64,000 nucleotides of DNA. It comes from a virus (taxonomy: Duplodnaviria > Caudoviricetes). The stretch is from positions 15,873 through 79,872 of IMG/VR virus record IMGVR_UViG_3300033075_000275. One strand, written 5' to 3'. How positions within the stretch are numbered: the stretch's first letter is position 1; every line of letters begins with the position of its first letter. The notes under the pieces are model-generated. The model was given only the letters and a program-made list of their open reading frames with translations, ran no database searches and was not told the origin of the DNA. The position numbers and the translations under genes were made by a program. Below are positions 31,374 through 39,035 of the stretch, in pieces.

Positions 31374-31997
31374 ATGACACTACATCGTACATCTAAGTCT
31401 TGTGAATGGTGTGGGGCCTTGTTCCATAAAACTATAGAAAGAGACAGACATCAATTCAGTTTAAAGAAATTTTGCTCTAGAGAATGCCGCCGGGCTGCCA
31501 GAAAAACTATTGTTAGGCAAAATGGAAACCCTGGCGAGTATTGTCTCTGTGGTTGTGGCAACAAGGCCCCCATCGCAAAAACATCATCTGTAAGAGATCA
31601 AACAATCAGGGGAATGCCAGCACGTTACTTGCCCGGTCACGCTACCAGGCATAAGGCTGTAAAAACAGGCGGAATTGGAAAGTATGGATATGGTCGCTAT
31701 TTAAACGGCCAGGGATATATTATGCTACTGGTTTCCAGCATCCCGGCTGAGGATAGACTTTTAGTTGGTAATATGATCGCAAATTATGCTGATAAACAGT
31801 GCGTGCTTGAACATAGATACGTTATGGCAAAATATATCGGTAGACCCCTCGTGGATGGAGAAAACGTTCACCATAAAAATGGTAGACGAGACGACAACTC
31901 TATTGAAAATTTAGAACTCTGGAGAAATAGTCAGCCCAAGGGTCAGAGAGTCCAAGACGTTTATCCTACCTGTCATGGCTCTGGACTGGTGGATTAG
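31374..31997 (+). CDS. HNH endonuclease with Zn-finger N-terminus
   Basis: EHRYVM...ENVHHKNGRRDDNSIENLELW. Confidence 0.85.
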   Translation: MTLHRTSKSCEWCGALFHKTIERDRHQFSLKKFCSRECRRAARKTIVRQNGNPGEYCLCGCGNKAPIAKTSSVRDQTIRGMPARYLPGHATRHKAVKTGGIGKYGYGRYLNGQGYIMLLVSSIPAEDRLLVGNMIANYADKQCVLEHRYVMAKYIGRPLVDGENVHHKNGRRDDNSIENLELWRNSQPKGQRVQDVYPTCHGSGLVD

Positions 31998-32036
31998 AGT
32001 GTGCTATCCTAGGGGCAGGACTCTTGGAGGAAGTTA

Positions 32037-32282
32037 GTGAAAGATGAAGTAGCGGTATATGTAAAATATATCAGTGGTGAAATACAGGAAGAAACAACCG
32101 TATTGTCAAGCACGTATATGCCAAAGTCGGGAATGTATGTGTTTACTATTCTAGGCAACGACATGAGAATTCAAATTAGGACGGAGGCGTTCACTATATC
32201 CAAATTATTAGATGGAGCGGGGCTCCTCCACCCGCTCGACCAAGAGATTGCAGAGTTACTTTATGGAGAGAGAATTTTATGA
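32037..32282 (+). CDS. Hypothetical protein
   Basis: 81 aa, GTG start with GGAGG RBS. Confidence 0.6.
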   Translation: MKDEVAVYVKYISGEIQEETTVLSSTYMPKSGMYVFTILGNDMRIQIRTEAFTISKLLDGAGLLHPLDQEIAELLYGERIL

Positions 32283-32488
32283 GGCCGGATAAAGAGGAAG
32301 AACTACGAGTCATAGACCAGCAGATAAATACTGCTGAGAACAGTATTGCTGCACTACAGGCCCGTATCCTTGCGAAGAACAAGGAACTACAGCATTTCCA
32401 GCGAGAAATGTGGTCGATGATCATTGACTACAATGAGCAGATGGGACGACTAATAGCAAGACGTAAGGGGATTCTAAATGAAGATTGA
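32279..32488 (+). CDS. Coiled-coil hypothetical protein
   Basis: 69 aa, ATGA overlap with upstream gene. Confidence 0.6.
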   Translation: MRPDKEEELRVIDQQINTAENSIAALQARILAKNKELQHFQREMWSMIIDYNEQMGRLIARRKGILNED

Positions 32489-33596
32489 TGTTCTAGACCA
32501 TGGTTACGTCCGCCTTGTAGACCACCTTGGAGATGATCTTTCTATAGTTAACGCTGCTAGAGTATCTTATGACAAGGAGTCTAAGGACTTTAGCCCCGCC
32601 GACGCCCGACTCCTTGATTTTCTTATACGTGAGGACCACACCTCGCCCTTACGTCACGCGGCCCTGACCTTTGAGGTTTACGCTCCACTGATGGTGGCGC
32701 GTCAGCACTGGAAGTATGCCGTGGCATCTACCTTTGTCGATGATCAGAATGGCTGGAACGAGAGTTGCTTACCGGCATGGCAAGAACTATGGTCTTATGG
32801 AAACCTAAGAGTAACTGTACAAGATATTCTGGATGAAAAAGCATTACCACTCAGATCAGTAAATGATGATGGTGTGGTTGTTCCAAATAGAGTAAAAAAT
32901 ATTTGGCCCTCCGGAAAGCAGGAAATTATTACCATTATTGATGAGTTTGGTAATAAGATATCTTGTACCAAGAATCATAGAATAAAAACTCCTAGTGGCT
33001 GGGTGGAAGCCGGGGAACTTAAGGTTAATAATCTAGTTGGTCTATGCAACGAGCATCACTACTTGATTCATGGAAAGCGCCCTCAGGTATTTGGATATGG
33101 AAAGGTTGTGTCTATTAATTCTGCTGGAATTCATGAAACATATGATATTGAAATGGAACTAGAGTCTAATTTTGTGGCTGGCGGAATTGTTGTACATAAT
33201 TCCCGTCGATATGTCACTGAAAATGAAGAGTTTTATGTTCCTGAGCATTTTCGGGAGGCACCACCCAATAGCAAGCAGGGAAGCGGCGGAAACCTTGGTG
33301 CGTGGGCTAATATGACATGGCAAACCCGTCTGGATGCACATATTAAAAACTCTCTGTATTTTTATGACATGGCTTTAAAAGAGGGACTGGCTCCTGAGCA
33401 GGCCAGACTATTCTTGCCAGCCTACGGTTTGTATGTACGGTACCGCTGGACCGTCAGCCTGGCCGGTGTGCTACACTTCCTAGACCAGCGCCTCGCCCAC
33501 GACGCGCAGGTTGAGATACAGGCATACGCCGAGGCTGTGCGCGATCTGACCAAGACTGTATTTCCTAAGACATTGGAGGCTTGGCTTGCTAAGTGA
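32478..33596 (+). CDS. thyX: Flavin-dependent thymidylate synthase interrupted by a mini-intein
   Basis: VLDHGYVRLVD, NAARVSY, HTSPLRH, NES|SRRY, EQAR.FLP, HAQ-type DAQVEI motifs. Confidence 0.93.
   Translation: MKIDVLDHGYVRLVDHLGDDLSIVNAARVSYDKESKDFSPADARLLDFLIREDHTSPLRHAALTFEVYAPLMVARQHWKYAVASTFVDDQNGWNESCLPAWQELWSYGNLRVTVQDILDEKALPLRSVNDDGVVVPNRVKNIWPSGKQEIITIIDEFGNKISCTKNHRIKTPSGWVEAGELKVNNLVGLCNEHHYLIHGKRPQVFGYGKVVSINSAGIHETYDIEMELESNFVAGGIVVHNSRRYVTENEEFYVPEHFREAPPNSKQGSGGNLGAWANMTWQTRLDAHIKNSLYFYDMALKEGLAPEQARLFLPAYGLYVRYRWTVSLAGVLHFLDQRLAHDAQVEIQAYAEAVRDLTKTVFPKTLEAWLAK
32766..33200 (+). mobile_element. Mini-intein (145 aa) in ThyX
   Basis: Starts CLPAW, block B ISCTKNHRI, block F TYDIEM, ends VVHN followed by Ser; no endonuclease domain. 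Confidence 0.9.
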
Positions 33597-34023
33597 ACGG
33601 CATGGAAACTTGGTTGAGGAAATTTGGAAGCCTGGCGGATACATCGGCATTACTACTAATGGATTTGTCAAGAATAACGGCGAGTGCGTTATGGGACGAG
33701 GTATCGCAAAGACTCTCCGCGATCTTTGCCCAGGACTCGCAGGAGAAATAGGTTCCGCTATTCAGCAATACGGAAACCTACCACATGTGTTCCATGACTA
33801 TAGAGTCTGGACATTTCCAGTGAAGCATAACTGGTGGGAAATGGCTGATTTAGAACTTATTGCTCAGTCGGCCAGGGCTATCATGCGTCTAGAGCATAAC
33901 TATGAAATGCACTTCAACAGGCCGGGGTCGGGTAACGGTAGACTCGATTGGCAGACGGTATGGAACGTTATAGAGCCAATATTCGGTCCTAGCGAGCGAA
34001 ACTACTACGTGTGGAGTTTCTGA
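33586..34023 (+). CDS. Macro domain (Poa1p/DarG-like ADP-ribosylglycohydrolase)
   Basis: ITTNG..VMGRGIA, FPVKHNW, PGSGNGRLDW motifs; TTG start 6 nt after GGAGG. Confidence 0.7.
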   Translation: MLSERHGNLVEEIWKPGGYIGITTNGFVKNNGECVMGRGIAKTLRDLCPGLAGEIGSAIQQYGNLPHVFHDYRVWTFPVKHNWWEMADLELIAQSARAIMRLEHNYEMHFNRPGSGNGRLDWQTVWNVIEPIFGPSERNYYVWSF

Positions 34024-34155
34024 TGAGACTAGAAGATAGCGTCGTCTTGATATCTATTGTATTTACGTTCTTGGTAATTATTCCAGGTATAATTGTGATG
34101 ACGTGAATAGAAAACGAAGAACGTAGAGACGTTGAACGATACGAAAGGAAAAGAA

Positions 34156-34335
34156 ATGGAAGATGGAGTAACTCCTGAACAGGAGTTGCTGTGGGCGATA
34201 TACATACAGACGACCAGAATACTTGATGTACTGTATATCACAGCCGCCGCCCTTGGGGCAGATGCCGAGCAGTTAAAGCAATTGCACACTGATGGAAAGA
34301 TAATATCACCGGAGGTATGGCTAGATGTTAGTTGA
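34156..34335 (+). CDS. Hypothetical protein
   Basis: 59 aa, AGGA RBS. Confidence 0.6.
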   Translation: MEDGVTPEQELLWAIYIQTTRILDVLYITAAALGADAEQLKQLHTDGKIISPEVWLDVS

Positions 34336-34471
34336 TATGATAGGTGTCGTCATCGGTTGGATCATATTGATCGTACTGATTGCTACATTTGTCGAATATT
34401 GGCCTGTCGTACTCGTCCTGGGCGGGTTGACAATCGGCTGCCTGTATGCCAATAGATATGGGAGAGAGTAG
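34325..34471 (+). CDS. Small two-TM membrane protein
   Basis: MLVDMIGVVIGWIILIVLIATFVEYWPVVLVLGGLTIGCLYANRYGRE; GGAGG RBS. Confidence 0.55.
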   Translation: MLVDMIGVVIGWIILIVLIATFVEYWPVVLVLGGLTIGCLYANRYGRE

Positions 34472-34686
34472 TGTATACCGTAGTATCAAAGCGGGATGAG
34501 AACGGACATTGGGAGACAGTAATACGTAATAGCCATGGTAAGGAAGTATGGCGGGAGACGATGGATCGTGGCCTACACCCTGCTATAGCATATGACGATC
34601 CAAGCCAGGCAGAAGTAGCACAACACTATGCAATAAGAAACTTCAAGGCTCTAGGCGAATACGAAAAATGGGACATGTTTAGGTGA
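34471..34686 (+). CDS. Hypothetical protein
   Basis: 71 aa, GTG start coupled to neighbours. Confidence 0.55.
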   Translation: MYTVVSKRDENGHWETVIRNSHGKEVWRETMDRGLHPAIAYDDPSQAEVAQHYAIRNFKALGEYEKWDMFR

Positions 34687-34955
34687 CACGTAACAAACTG
34701 CGTGCCGCCAAGTGGCACGCGATAGGCCAGCACAAAATAGCGCGCGGCTGCGAAGCAGCCGACTGTCCACTACCCGAAGGGTTCGATTTTCGGGCGGTGG
34801 ACTTGGATTTTGACCATCTACATGATAAGCGTATGAATGTATCCAATATGATACGCAGCGACTACGGCTGGGCGGCGGTGCTTGAAGAAATAGCCAAGTG
34901 TAGAGTATTATGCAAGATATGCCATGCCAGGCATAGCGCGCGTCAGCGTGCATAG
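34683..34955 (+). CDS. Small HNH endonuclease
   Basis: C...C...LDFDH...LEEIAKCRVLCKICH; same family as 40932-41228. Confidence 0.8.
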   Translation: MTRNKLRAAKWHAIGQHKIARGCEAADCPLPEGFDFRAVDLDFDHLHDKRMNVSNMIRSDYGWAAVLEEIAKCRVLCKICHARHSARQRA

Positions 34956-34968
34956 TCCAGCACAAATC

Positions 34969-35015
34969 CCCGATTTTTATTAATTTTGAGTATTTTCCCG
35001 ATTTTTATTAATTTT
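34969..35015. repeat. 19-bp AT-rich direct repeat x2 (CCCGATTTTTATTAATTTT)
   Basis: Copies at 34969 and 34997. Confidence 0.9.
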
Positions 35016-35076
35016 CAGATATGTATGATCCCGGTTCGGGCGCTTGGAAACGAACTTTTCGGTAGTGCGCCCATTT

Positions 35077-35134
35077 CCCTTGTGCCACAGGCACTTTCGG
35101 GCCTCGGATTCCCTTGTGCCGCAACGATTTTCGG
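35077..35134. repeat. CCCTTGTG(G/C)CACA..ACTTTCG motif, cluster 1 (2 copies)
   Basis: Copies at 35077 and 35111. Confidence 0.85.
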
Positions 35135-35213
35135 GCACGGTCACCGTGAGTTGATCCTAGATCACAGAGAGTCACTCATACTTTCGGATGATGCCCACTC
35201 ATACTTTCGGTGG

Positions 35214-35243
35214 TTGTGGTCTGTCGGACCTAGGGCATACCCT
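35214..35243 (+). promoter_or_regulatory. Housekeeping-sigma promoter TTGTGG-18-TACCCT
   Basis: Spacer shares TGTCGGACC with promoters at 36814, 37865 and 38624. Confidence 0.6.
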
Positions 35244-35271
35244 GGCAGTAGATAGAGAGAGGGGACAGGAC

Positions 35272-35511
35272 ATGAGCACTCTGACCACAATGGTAGCGGG
35301 AGCAAGCATTCCCGCCGCCGGAACACAATGCGATTGGGCGCAGCACGAATACTGCCCTTGCTGCCGGTGCGAGGATGACGCGGTTGTTACTCAGCACTTT
35401 CGCACTGTCCTGACCGACTCCTACGGCAAGGTTCTGCGCGTGTCAGAATACACCGAATCATGGTGCGCGTCGCACGTTCACACTACGTCCGTCGTCACAA
35501 TCGAAATCTAG
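35272..35511 (+). CDS. Cys-rich hypothetical protein
   Basis: 79 aa, strong purine-rich RBS. Confidence 0.65.
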   Translation: MSTLTTMVAGASIPAAGTQCDWAQHEYCPCCRCEDDAVVTQHFRTVLTDSYGKVLRVSEYTESWCASHVHTTSVVTIEI

Positions 35512-35523
35512 AGAGGCAAGGCA

Positions 35524-35754
35524 ATGCACATTCTGCACAATCAGACATTCTCCGCACAGGAGAGCAGCGCCATTCGATTCATCGAATACAACGCGCGCAC
35601 CTACACAATGTTGGTCGAAATGCGAAAAGGTCAGTGCTACACCGTTTCGCGCGTGCGGTACTCGGACTACGTTTCCATCATCGAGGCATACTCCATTGGC
35701 AAGGCGTGGAATGCGTTTCGCATGACGCCGGGCATCATCATCGAAAAGGCGTGA
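35524..35754 (+). CDS. KTSC-domain protein
   Basis: SSAIRFIEYN...MLVEMRKG..Y..S.V...DY..I.EA.SIGKAWN matches KTSC consensus. Confidence 0.65.
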   Translation: MHILHNQTFSAQESSAIRFIEYNARTYTMLVEMRKGQCYTVSRVRYSDYVSIIEAYSIGKAWNAFRMTPGIIIEKA

Positions 35755-35759
35755 GACAA

Positions 35760-35915
35760 ATGGCCCTCGCAATTATCGCATTGTTCGCCTCCCTCGTCCT
35801 GCTGGCAATCGCCATTGTCCTGCACATTCGGGATGAAATCGCATTCCGTCGGTCGATTGAGGCAATCGCGTTTCACTCGATCATGAACTACTACGGCACC
35901 CACCGTATCTACTGA
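35760..35915 (+). CDS. Small membrane protein
   Basis: MALAIIALFASLVLLAIAIVLH..., single TM. Confidence 0.6.
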   Translation: MALAIIALFASLVLLAIAIVLHIRDEIAFRRSIEAIAFHSIMNYYGTHRIY

Positions 35916-35927
35916 AAGGGAAAAGCA

Positions 35928-36062
35928 ATGCTGACCATGACGCCGGAACTGCACAGTGCGGCCATTGCTCACTGTGCAATGTTCGGAATGGAAATGTGCG
36001 ATTTGGACGCTACCGATTGGGAAATCATTTCCGCAGACGTGGATTTCGGAAAGGGTGAGTGA
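35928..36062 (+). CDS. Small acidic protein
   Basis: 44 aa, AAGGGA RBS. Confidence 0.55.
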   Translation: MLTMTPELHSAAIAHCAMFGMEMCDLDATDWEIISADVDFGKGE

Positions 36063-36063
36063 A

Positions 36064-36288
36064 ATGGCAAGGGTTTCATGGCACAGGGACGCAAACGAAA
36101 TGCGCGTTTCGGTTGACCGTGGCGCAGGAACAGCATTCCCGCTCGCAATCAATGGATATCCGTTTGAGGGGACGGCGGCATTTATCAATGCGTTTGTTTC
36201 GCCTGCCGGATACCTTTTCGCAACGTACATGGATTCCATTGGCAATATGGCGCAATTGCGCGCCGGATTCGTTTCCCGCTCACTCTAG
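36064..36288 (+). CDS. Hypothetical protein
   Basis: 74 aa MARVSWHRDANEM... Confidence 0.55.
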   Translation: MARVSWHRDANEMRVSVDRGAGTAFPLAINGYPFEGTAAFINAFVSPAGYLFATYMDSIGNMAQLRAGFVSRSL

Positions 36289-36300
36289 AAAGGTAGAACA

Positions 36301-36381
36301 ATGGATTTCCCCGACCCCATGGCCGTAATGGCATGGTTCGCATTTTGGTTTATCCTTTTGCGGTTTATGGGTGATGACTAA
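36301..36381 (+). CDS. Membrane micropeptide
   Basis: MDFPDPMAVMAWFAFWFILLRFMGDD, AAGGT RBS. Confidence 0.5.
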   Translation: MDFPDPMAVMAWFAFWFILLRFMGDD

Positions 36382-36406
36382 AGTCTGGGACTAAGGTCCC
36401 GACTTT
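36380..36406 (+). terminator. Hairpin terminator
   Basis: AAAGTC-T-GGGAC/GTCCC-GACTTT. Confidence 0.6.
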
Positions 36407-36408
36407 CT

Positions 36409-36585
36409 GTTAGCTGAATCTTAACCCTCCCTTAGCCTCGGCTTAGGGGAGGGTTTCTTAGCTTAATCTTAACCCCTTCTTAGCTTGGTCTTAGCTAAAT
36501 CAACACGCCCGCAATCTTAGCTAAACCTTAACCACCCCTTAGCTTGCTCTTAACCGCGCGCCCGCCTTAGCTTAATCTTAACCTT
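36409..36585. repeat. 11-bp-phased CTTA(A/G)C array
   Basis: CTTAR at 36420, 36431, 36442; 36457, 36468, 36479, 36490; 36516, 36527, 36538, 36549; 36566, 36577 (extra at 36462, 36571). Confidence 0.9.
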
Positions 36586-36619
36586 CTGTTTACGACATAT
36601 TAAGAAAGCGCCGGAAAGT

Positions 36620-36715
36620 CCTGTGGCACAGACACTTTCGAGGTCGTGAAAACCCTTGTGGCAGAGGCACTTTCGGCGTTGAGGCCCCAAAACCCTTGTG
36701 CCACAACGGAATCCG
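36620..36715. repeat. TGTG-N-CACA motif, cluster 2 (3 copies)
   Basis: Copies at 36620, 36653, 36693. Confidence 0.85.
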
Positions 36716-36776
36716 AGCATAGACGTGTATCTATGCGTTCCCGACGCACTGTAACCTATTTAGCTCGTTCTTAACC

Positions 36777-36842
36777 TGTGACGCAAGTCACACTGGGAAG
36801 GGGCCTCTAGGGCTTGTGTGTGTCGGACCCTAGGTGTACCTT
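36777..36842 (+). promoter_or_regulatory. Perfect CRP-consensus box (TGTGA-cgcaag-TCACA) plus promoter TTGTGT-17-TACCTT
   Basis: Box 36777-36792; -35 at 36814; -10 at 36837. Confidence 0.7.
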
Positions 36843-36866
36843 GTAAGTAGAGAGAAAGGGAAGATC

Positions 36867-37013
36867 ATGGGACACATGAACGTAGTTGAGAACCTTCGGC
36901 CTCTGCCCGAGCGGGTCGGTTGCGCCGTTGTGTGGCCGGATTTCGGAAAGCACGAAACGTACACTCCGGGTTGTTTCGAGTGCTTCATTGCAAATGGTGG
37001 AGGAAACGACTAA
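36867..37013 (+). CDS. Small Cys-containing protein
   Basis: 48 aa, AAAGGGA RBS. Confidence 0.55.
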   Translation: MGHMNVVENLRPLPERVGCAVVWPDFGKHETYTPGCFECFIANGGGND

Positions 37014-37207
37014 TGTCAAAGGTGTTTAGCCCCCGATTCCGTGGCCCAAAGACCACGGTTAGCCACTACGCGGGTAATGGCGCGCATACTCCCACTCAGC
37101 ACAATTGGGTTAGGCTTTCCCCCAATTCCCGGTCTCTGCGCAAGGTTGACTTTTGCGCGGAATGCCGTGCCAAAAGAATCACGACCACTTACCCCGGGGG
37201 GTACTGA
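37013..37207 (+). CDS. Small basic protein
   Basis: 64 aa, GGAGG RBS, TAATG coupling. Confidence 0.55.
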   Translation: MSKVFSPRFRGPKTTVSHYAGNGAHTPTQHNWVRLSPNSRSLRKVDFCAECRAKRITTTYPGGY

Positions 37208-37209
37208 TA

Positions 37210-37362
37210 ATGTGGTGGTTCCCGATTAGCAATGGCACTACCGTAACGGTGTGCAATGAATGCGCTAAGCATGGATCATTTGCGGAGCGGATTGACGGCG
37301 ATCATTTCCTCGCGTGGCACGATAAGTGCTGCGTTTGCGGCGAAACGTTCACCGATATCTGA
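37210..37362 (+). CDS. Small Zn-binding protein
   Basis: CNEC...CCVC, 50 aa. Confidence 0.55.
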   Translation: MWWFPISNGTTVTVCNECAKHGSFAERIDGDHFLAWHDKCCVCGETFTDI

Positions 37363-37373
37363 AATGTGATAAA

Positions 37374-37540
37374 ATGATTCTGTGGATCGTATTTCTTTTG
37401 TTTGTCGCAACAATCCTGTTTTGGAGGCCATAATGGTGCTTTTCGCCGGGCGCAATGAGTGCGATCACCTTTTCGCACACATGACCATTTCCATGCATTT
37501 CGTTTGCGTGCATTGCGGAAGGGTTATCACAACTAAATAG
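37374..37540 (+). CDS. Two coupled micro-ORFs: TM peptide MILWIVFLLFVATILFWRP (37374-37433) and Zn-ribbon peptide (37433-37540)
   Basis: TAATG overlap; GGAGG RBS for second. Confidence 0.45.
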
Positions 37541-37541
37541 G

Positions 37542-37587
37542 CAAAATTAGGCAAATTTCCGAATTTTGGCAAATTTGCCTAATTTTG
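37542..37587. repeat. Perfect 16-bp AT-rich inverted repeat
   Basis: CAAAATTAGGCAAATT (37542-37557) / AATTTGCCTAATTTTG (37572-37587). Confidence 0.85.
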
Positions 37588-37598
37588 TGCAAATTTTT

Positions 37599-37673
37599 CT
37601 TAACTAAAATTTAACTGTCTCTTAACCTGGCCTTAACCGGGCGCCCGCCTTAACCCTTTCTTAACGTTACGAT
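37599..37673. repeat. Second 11-bp-phased CTTAAC array around a degenerate cassette core
   Basis: (C/T)TTAAC at 37599, 37610, 37621, 37632, 37649, 37660; CGGGCGCCCG at 37638; TTACGAT at 37667. Confidence 0.85.
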
Positions 37674-37697
37674 AACCTTTAAGAAGCGCCTGAAAAT

Positions 37698-37792
37698 CCC
37701 TCTGGCACAACGACTTTCGACCCTCCAAAGCCCTTGCAGCACAGGCACTTTCAGCCACGATACTGAAAATCCTTGTGGCACAGGCGTTTTCG
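37698..37792. repeat. TGTG-N-CACA motif, cluster 3 (3 copies)
   Basis: Copies at 37698, 37731, 37771. Confidence 0.8.
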
Positions 37793-37864
37793 ACATATCG
37801 ATCTGAATGAATATAGCTGAGCGTAATAGGCCTAAAGTCCTATCAAAGTAGGGACCTATGGGTC

Positions 37865-37893
37865 TATACCGTGTCGGACCCATGGTGTAGCCT
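37865..37893 (+). promoter_or_regulatory. Promoter TATACC-17-TAGCCT
   Basis: 17-nt spacer with shared GTGTCGGACC. Confidence 0.6.
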
Positions 37894-37915
37894 AGAGGCG
37901 AGAGAGAGGGAAGAA

Positions 37916-38104
37916 ATGACCAAGCCCATTGCCTACGCCGTCCGCCCCTGGACCCACCGTTGCCCTACGGGCACGGGTCACGTCGATGGGCCGATCCGTT
38001 GGGAGCGGAGGATCGGTAAGCAGTGGATCGGTGACCAGACGTGCCGTAACTGCGACGCTACTCAGCGCGTCATCGAGTACGCCGCTCACGCGCGCAACCG
38101 CTGA
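37916..38104 (+). CDS. Small Zn-binding protein
   Basis: H.C...H ... CRNC, GAGG RBS. Confidence 0.55.
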   Translation: MTKPIAYAVRPWTHRCPTGTGHVDGPIRWERRIGKQWIGDQTCRNCDATQRVIEYAAHARNR

Positions 38105-38116
38105 AAGGGAACTGAA

Positions 38117-38368
38117 ATGACCGCATACGCCCCGCCTTGCCACCCAGTCACTAACGGAATGGCGCAGGCCGATATCGACAAACTGCTTTACTCCGAATTG
38201 CCCTCAAAGGTCGAGCGGGTAAAGCGCGAATGGTGCGCCAATTGCGCCATTGTTAGCGAATGCCACGCTCAGGGCTTTTGGGTCAACGAGGATAACAAGC
38301 GCATTGCCCTTCCCGGTATTTTCGGTGGAATGACCGAAAAGGAGCGAAAGGCTCTGGTGCGCGCGTGA
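38117..38368 (+). CDS. whiB: WhiB-family Fe-S transcription factor
   Basis: C8...C40xxC43x5C49 and GIFGGMTEKER motif. Confidence 0.8.
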   Translation: MTAYAPPCHPVTNGMAQADIDKLLYSELPSKVERVKREWCANCAIVSECHAQGFWVNEDNKRIALPGIFGGMTEKERKALVRA

Positions 38369-38523
38369 TTACCGTTCCGCGTGAAATGGTATGGATTATC
38401 GGCATCCTGGCGTTTATCGCCATTTTCCTTTTCGGCCGGGTTTCGTATGAATACGGAATTATCGAGGGAAAGTGTATTGCCACGGGTGGAATACTAAATG
38501 CAAAGGAGGAATGCGTACATTAA
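38365..38523 (+). CDS. Small membrane protein
   Basis: GTGA overlap; single TM WIIGILAFIAIFLFG. Confidence 0.55.
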   Translation: MITVPREMVWIIGILAFIAIFLFGRVSYEYGIIEGKCIATGGILNAKEECVH

Positions 38524-38546
38524 CTGAATCTTAACCTCGTCTTAAC

Positions 38547-38652
38547 CGGGCGCCCGCGCGAGCGCGGGCTGTCAACCCCCTTACGATGTGATGTAGAACA
38601 CGCTCAACTTTTCGGATATGGGCTTGTCTGTGTCGGACCATTCTGCTAGAGT
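38547..38652 (+). repeat. Regulatory cassette copy 1 (no hairpin 1; preceded by CTTAAC x2)
   Basis: CGGGCGCCCG-CGCGAGCGCGGGC-TGTCAA-TTACGA-TGTGA-N6-ACACG; TTGTCT-17-TAGAGT (38624/38647). Confidence 0.9.
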
Positions 38653-38681
38653 TGTACCACGACCTAGGGAAAGGAACCATC

Positions 38682-38879
38682 ATGGATGACTACGCTGACT
38701 TCGCGGACTTCGCAGCGGAGGACTACTTCGATGACTACCCCGGCGACTTCGACGCCGAGCAGGACGACTGGTTCCCCGAGGACGACGACGCGCCCGAGCA
38801 GGACTGGCCCGAGGACGACGCGGAGCGGGACGCCTTCTACGCCGAGGCGTGGGCCGACAGTTATCCCGATTGGGGCTGA
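38682..38879 (+). CDS. Extremely acidic/aromatic 65-aa protein (DNA-mimic candidate)
   Basis: 27 D/E, 1 R, 0 K, 15 aromatic residues; AAGGA RBS; sole gene of its module. Confidence 0.75.
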   Translation: MDDYADFADFAAEDYFDDYPGDFDAEQDDWFPEDDDAPEQDWPEDDAERDAFYAEAWADSYPDWG

Positions 38880-38886
38880 CCCTAGC

Positions 38887-39002
38887 CCGACTACTCTCCG
38901 TAGTCGGCGGGCGCCCGCGCGAGCGCGGGCTGTCAAGCCCTTACGATGTGATCTACCTCACCCCTGAAAACACTAGACCTAGGCAGATTTTTCCGATAGC
39001 CT
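38887..39002 (+). repeat. Regulatory cassette copy 2
   Basis: CCGACTAC-TCTCC-GTAGTCGG hairpin, core 38908, TAGACC-17-TAGCCT. Confidence 0.92.
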
Positions 39003-39035
39003 AGGGGCACAAGGTAAACGACCTAGGGAGTCAAG

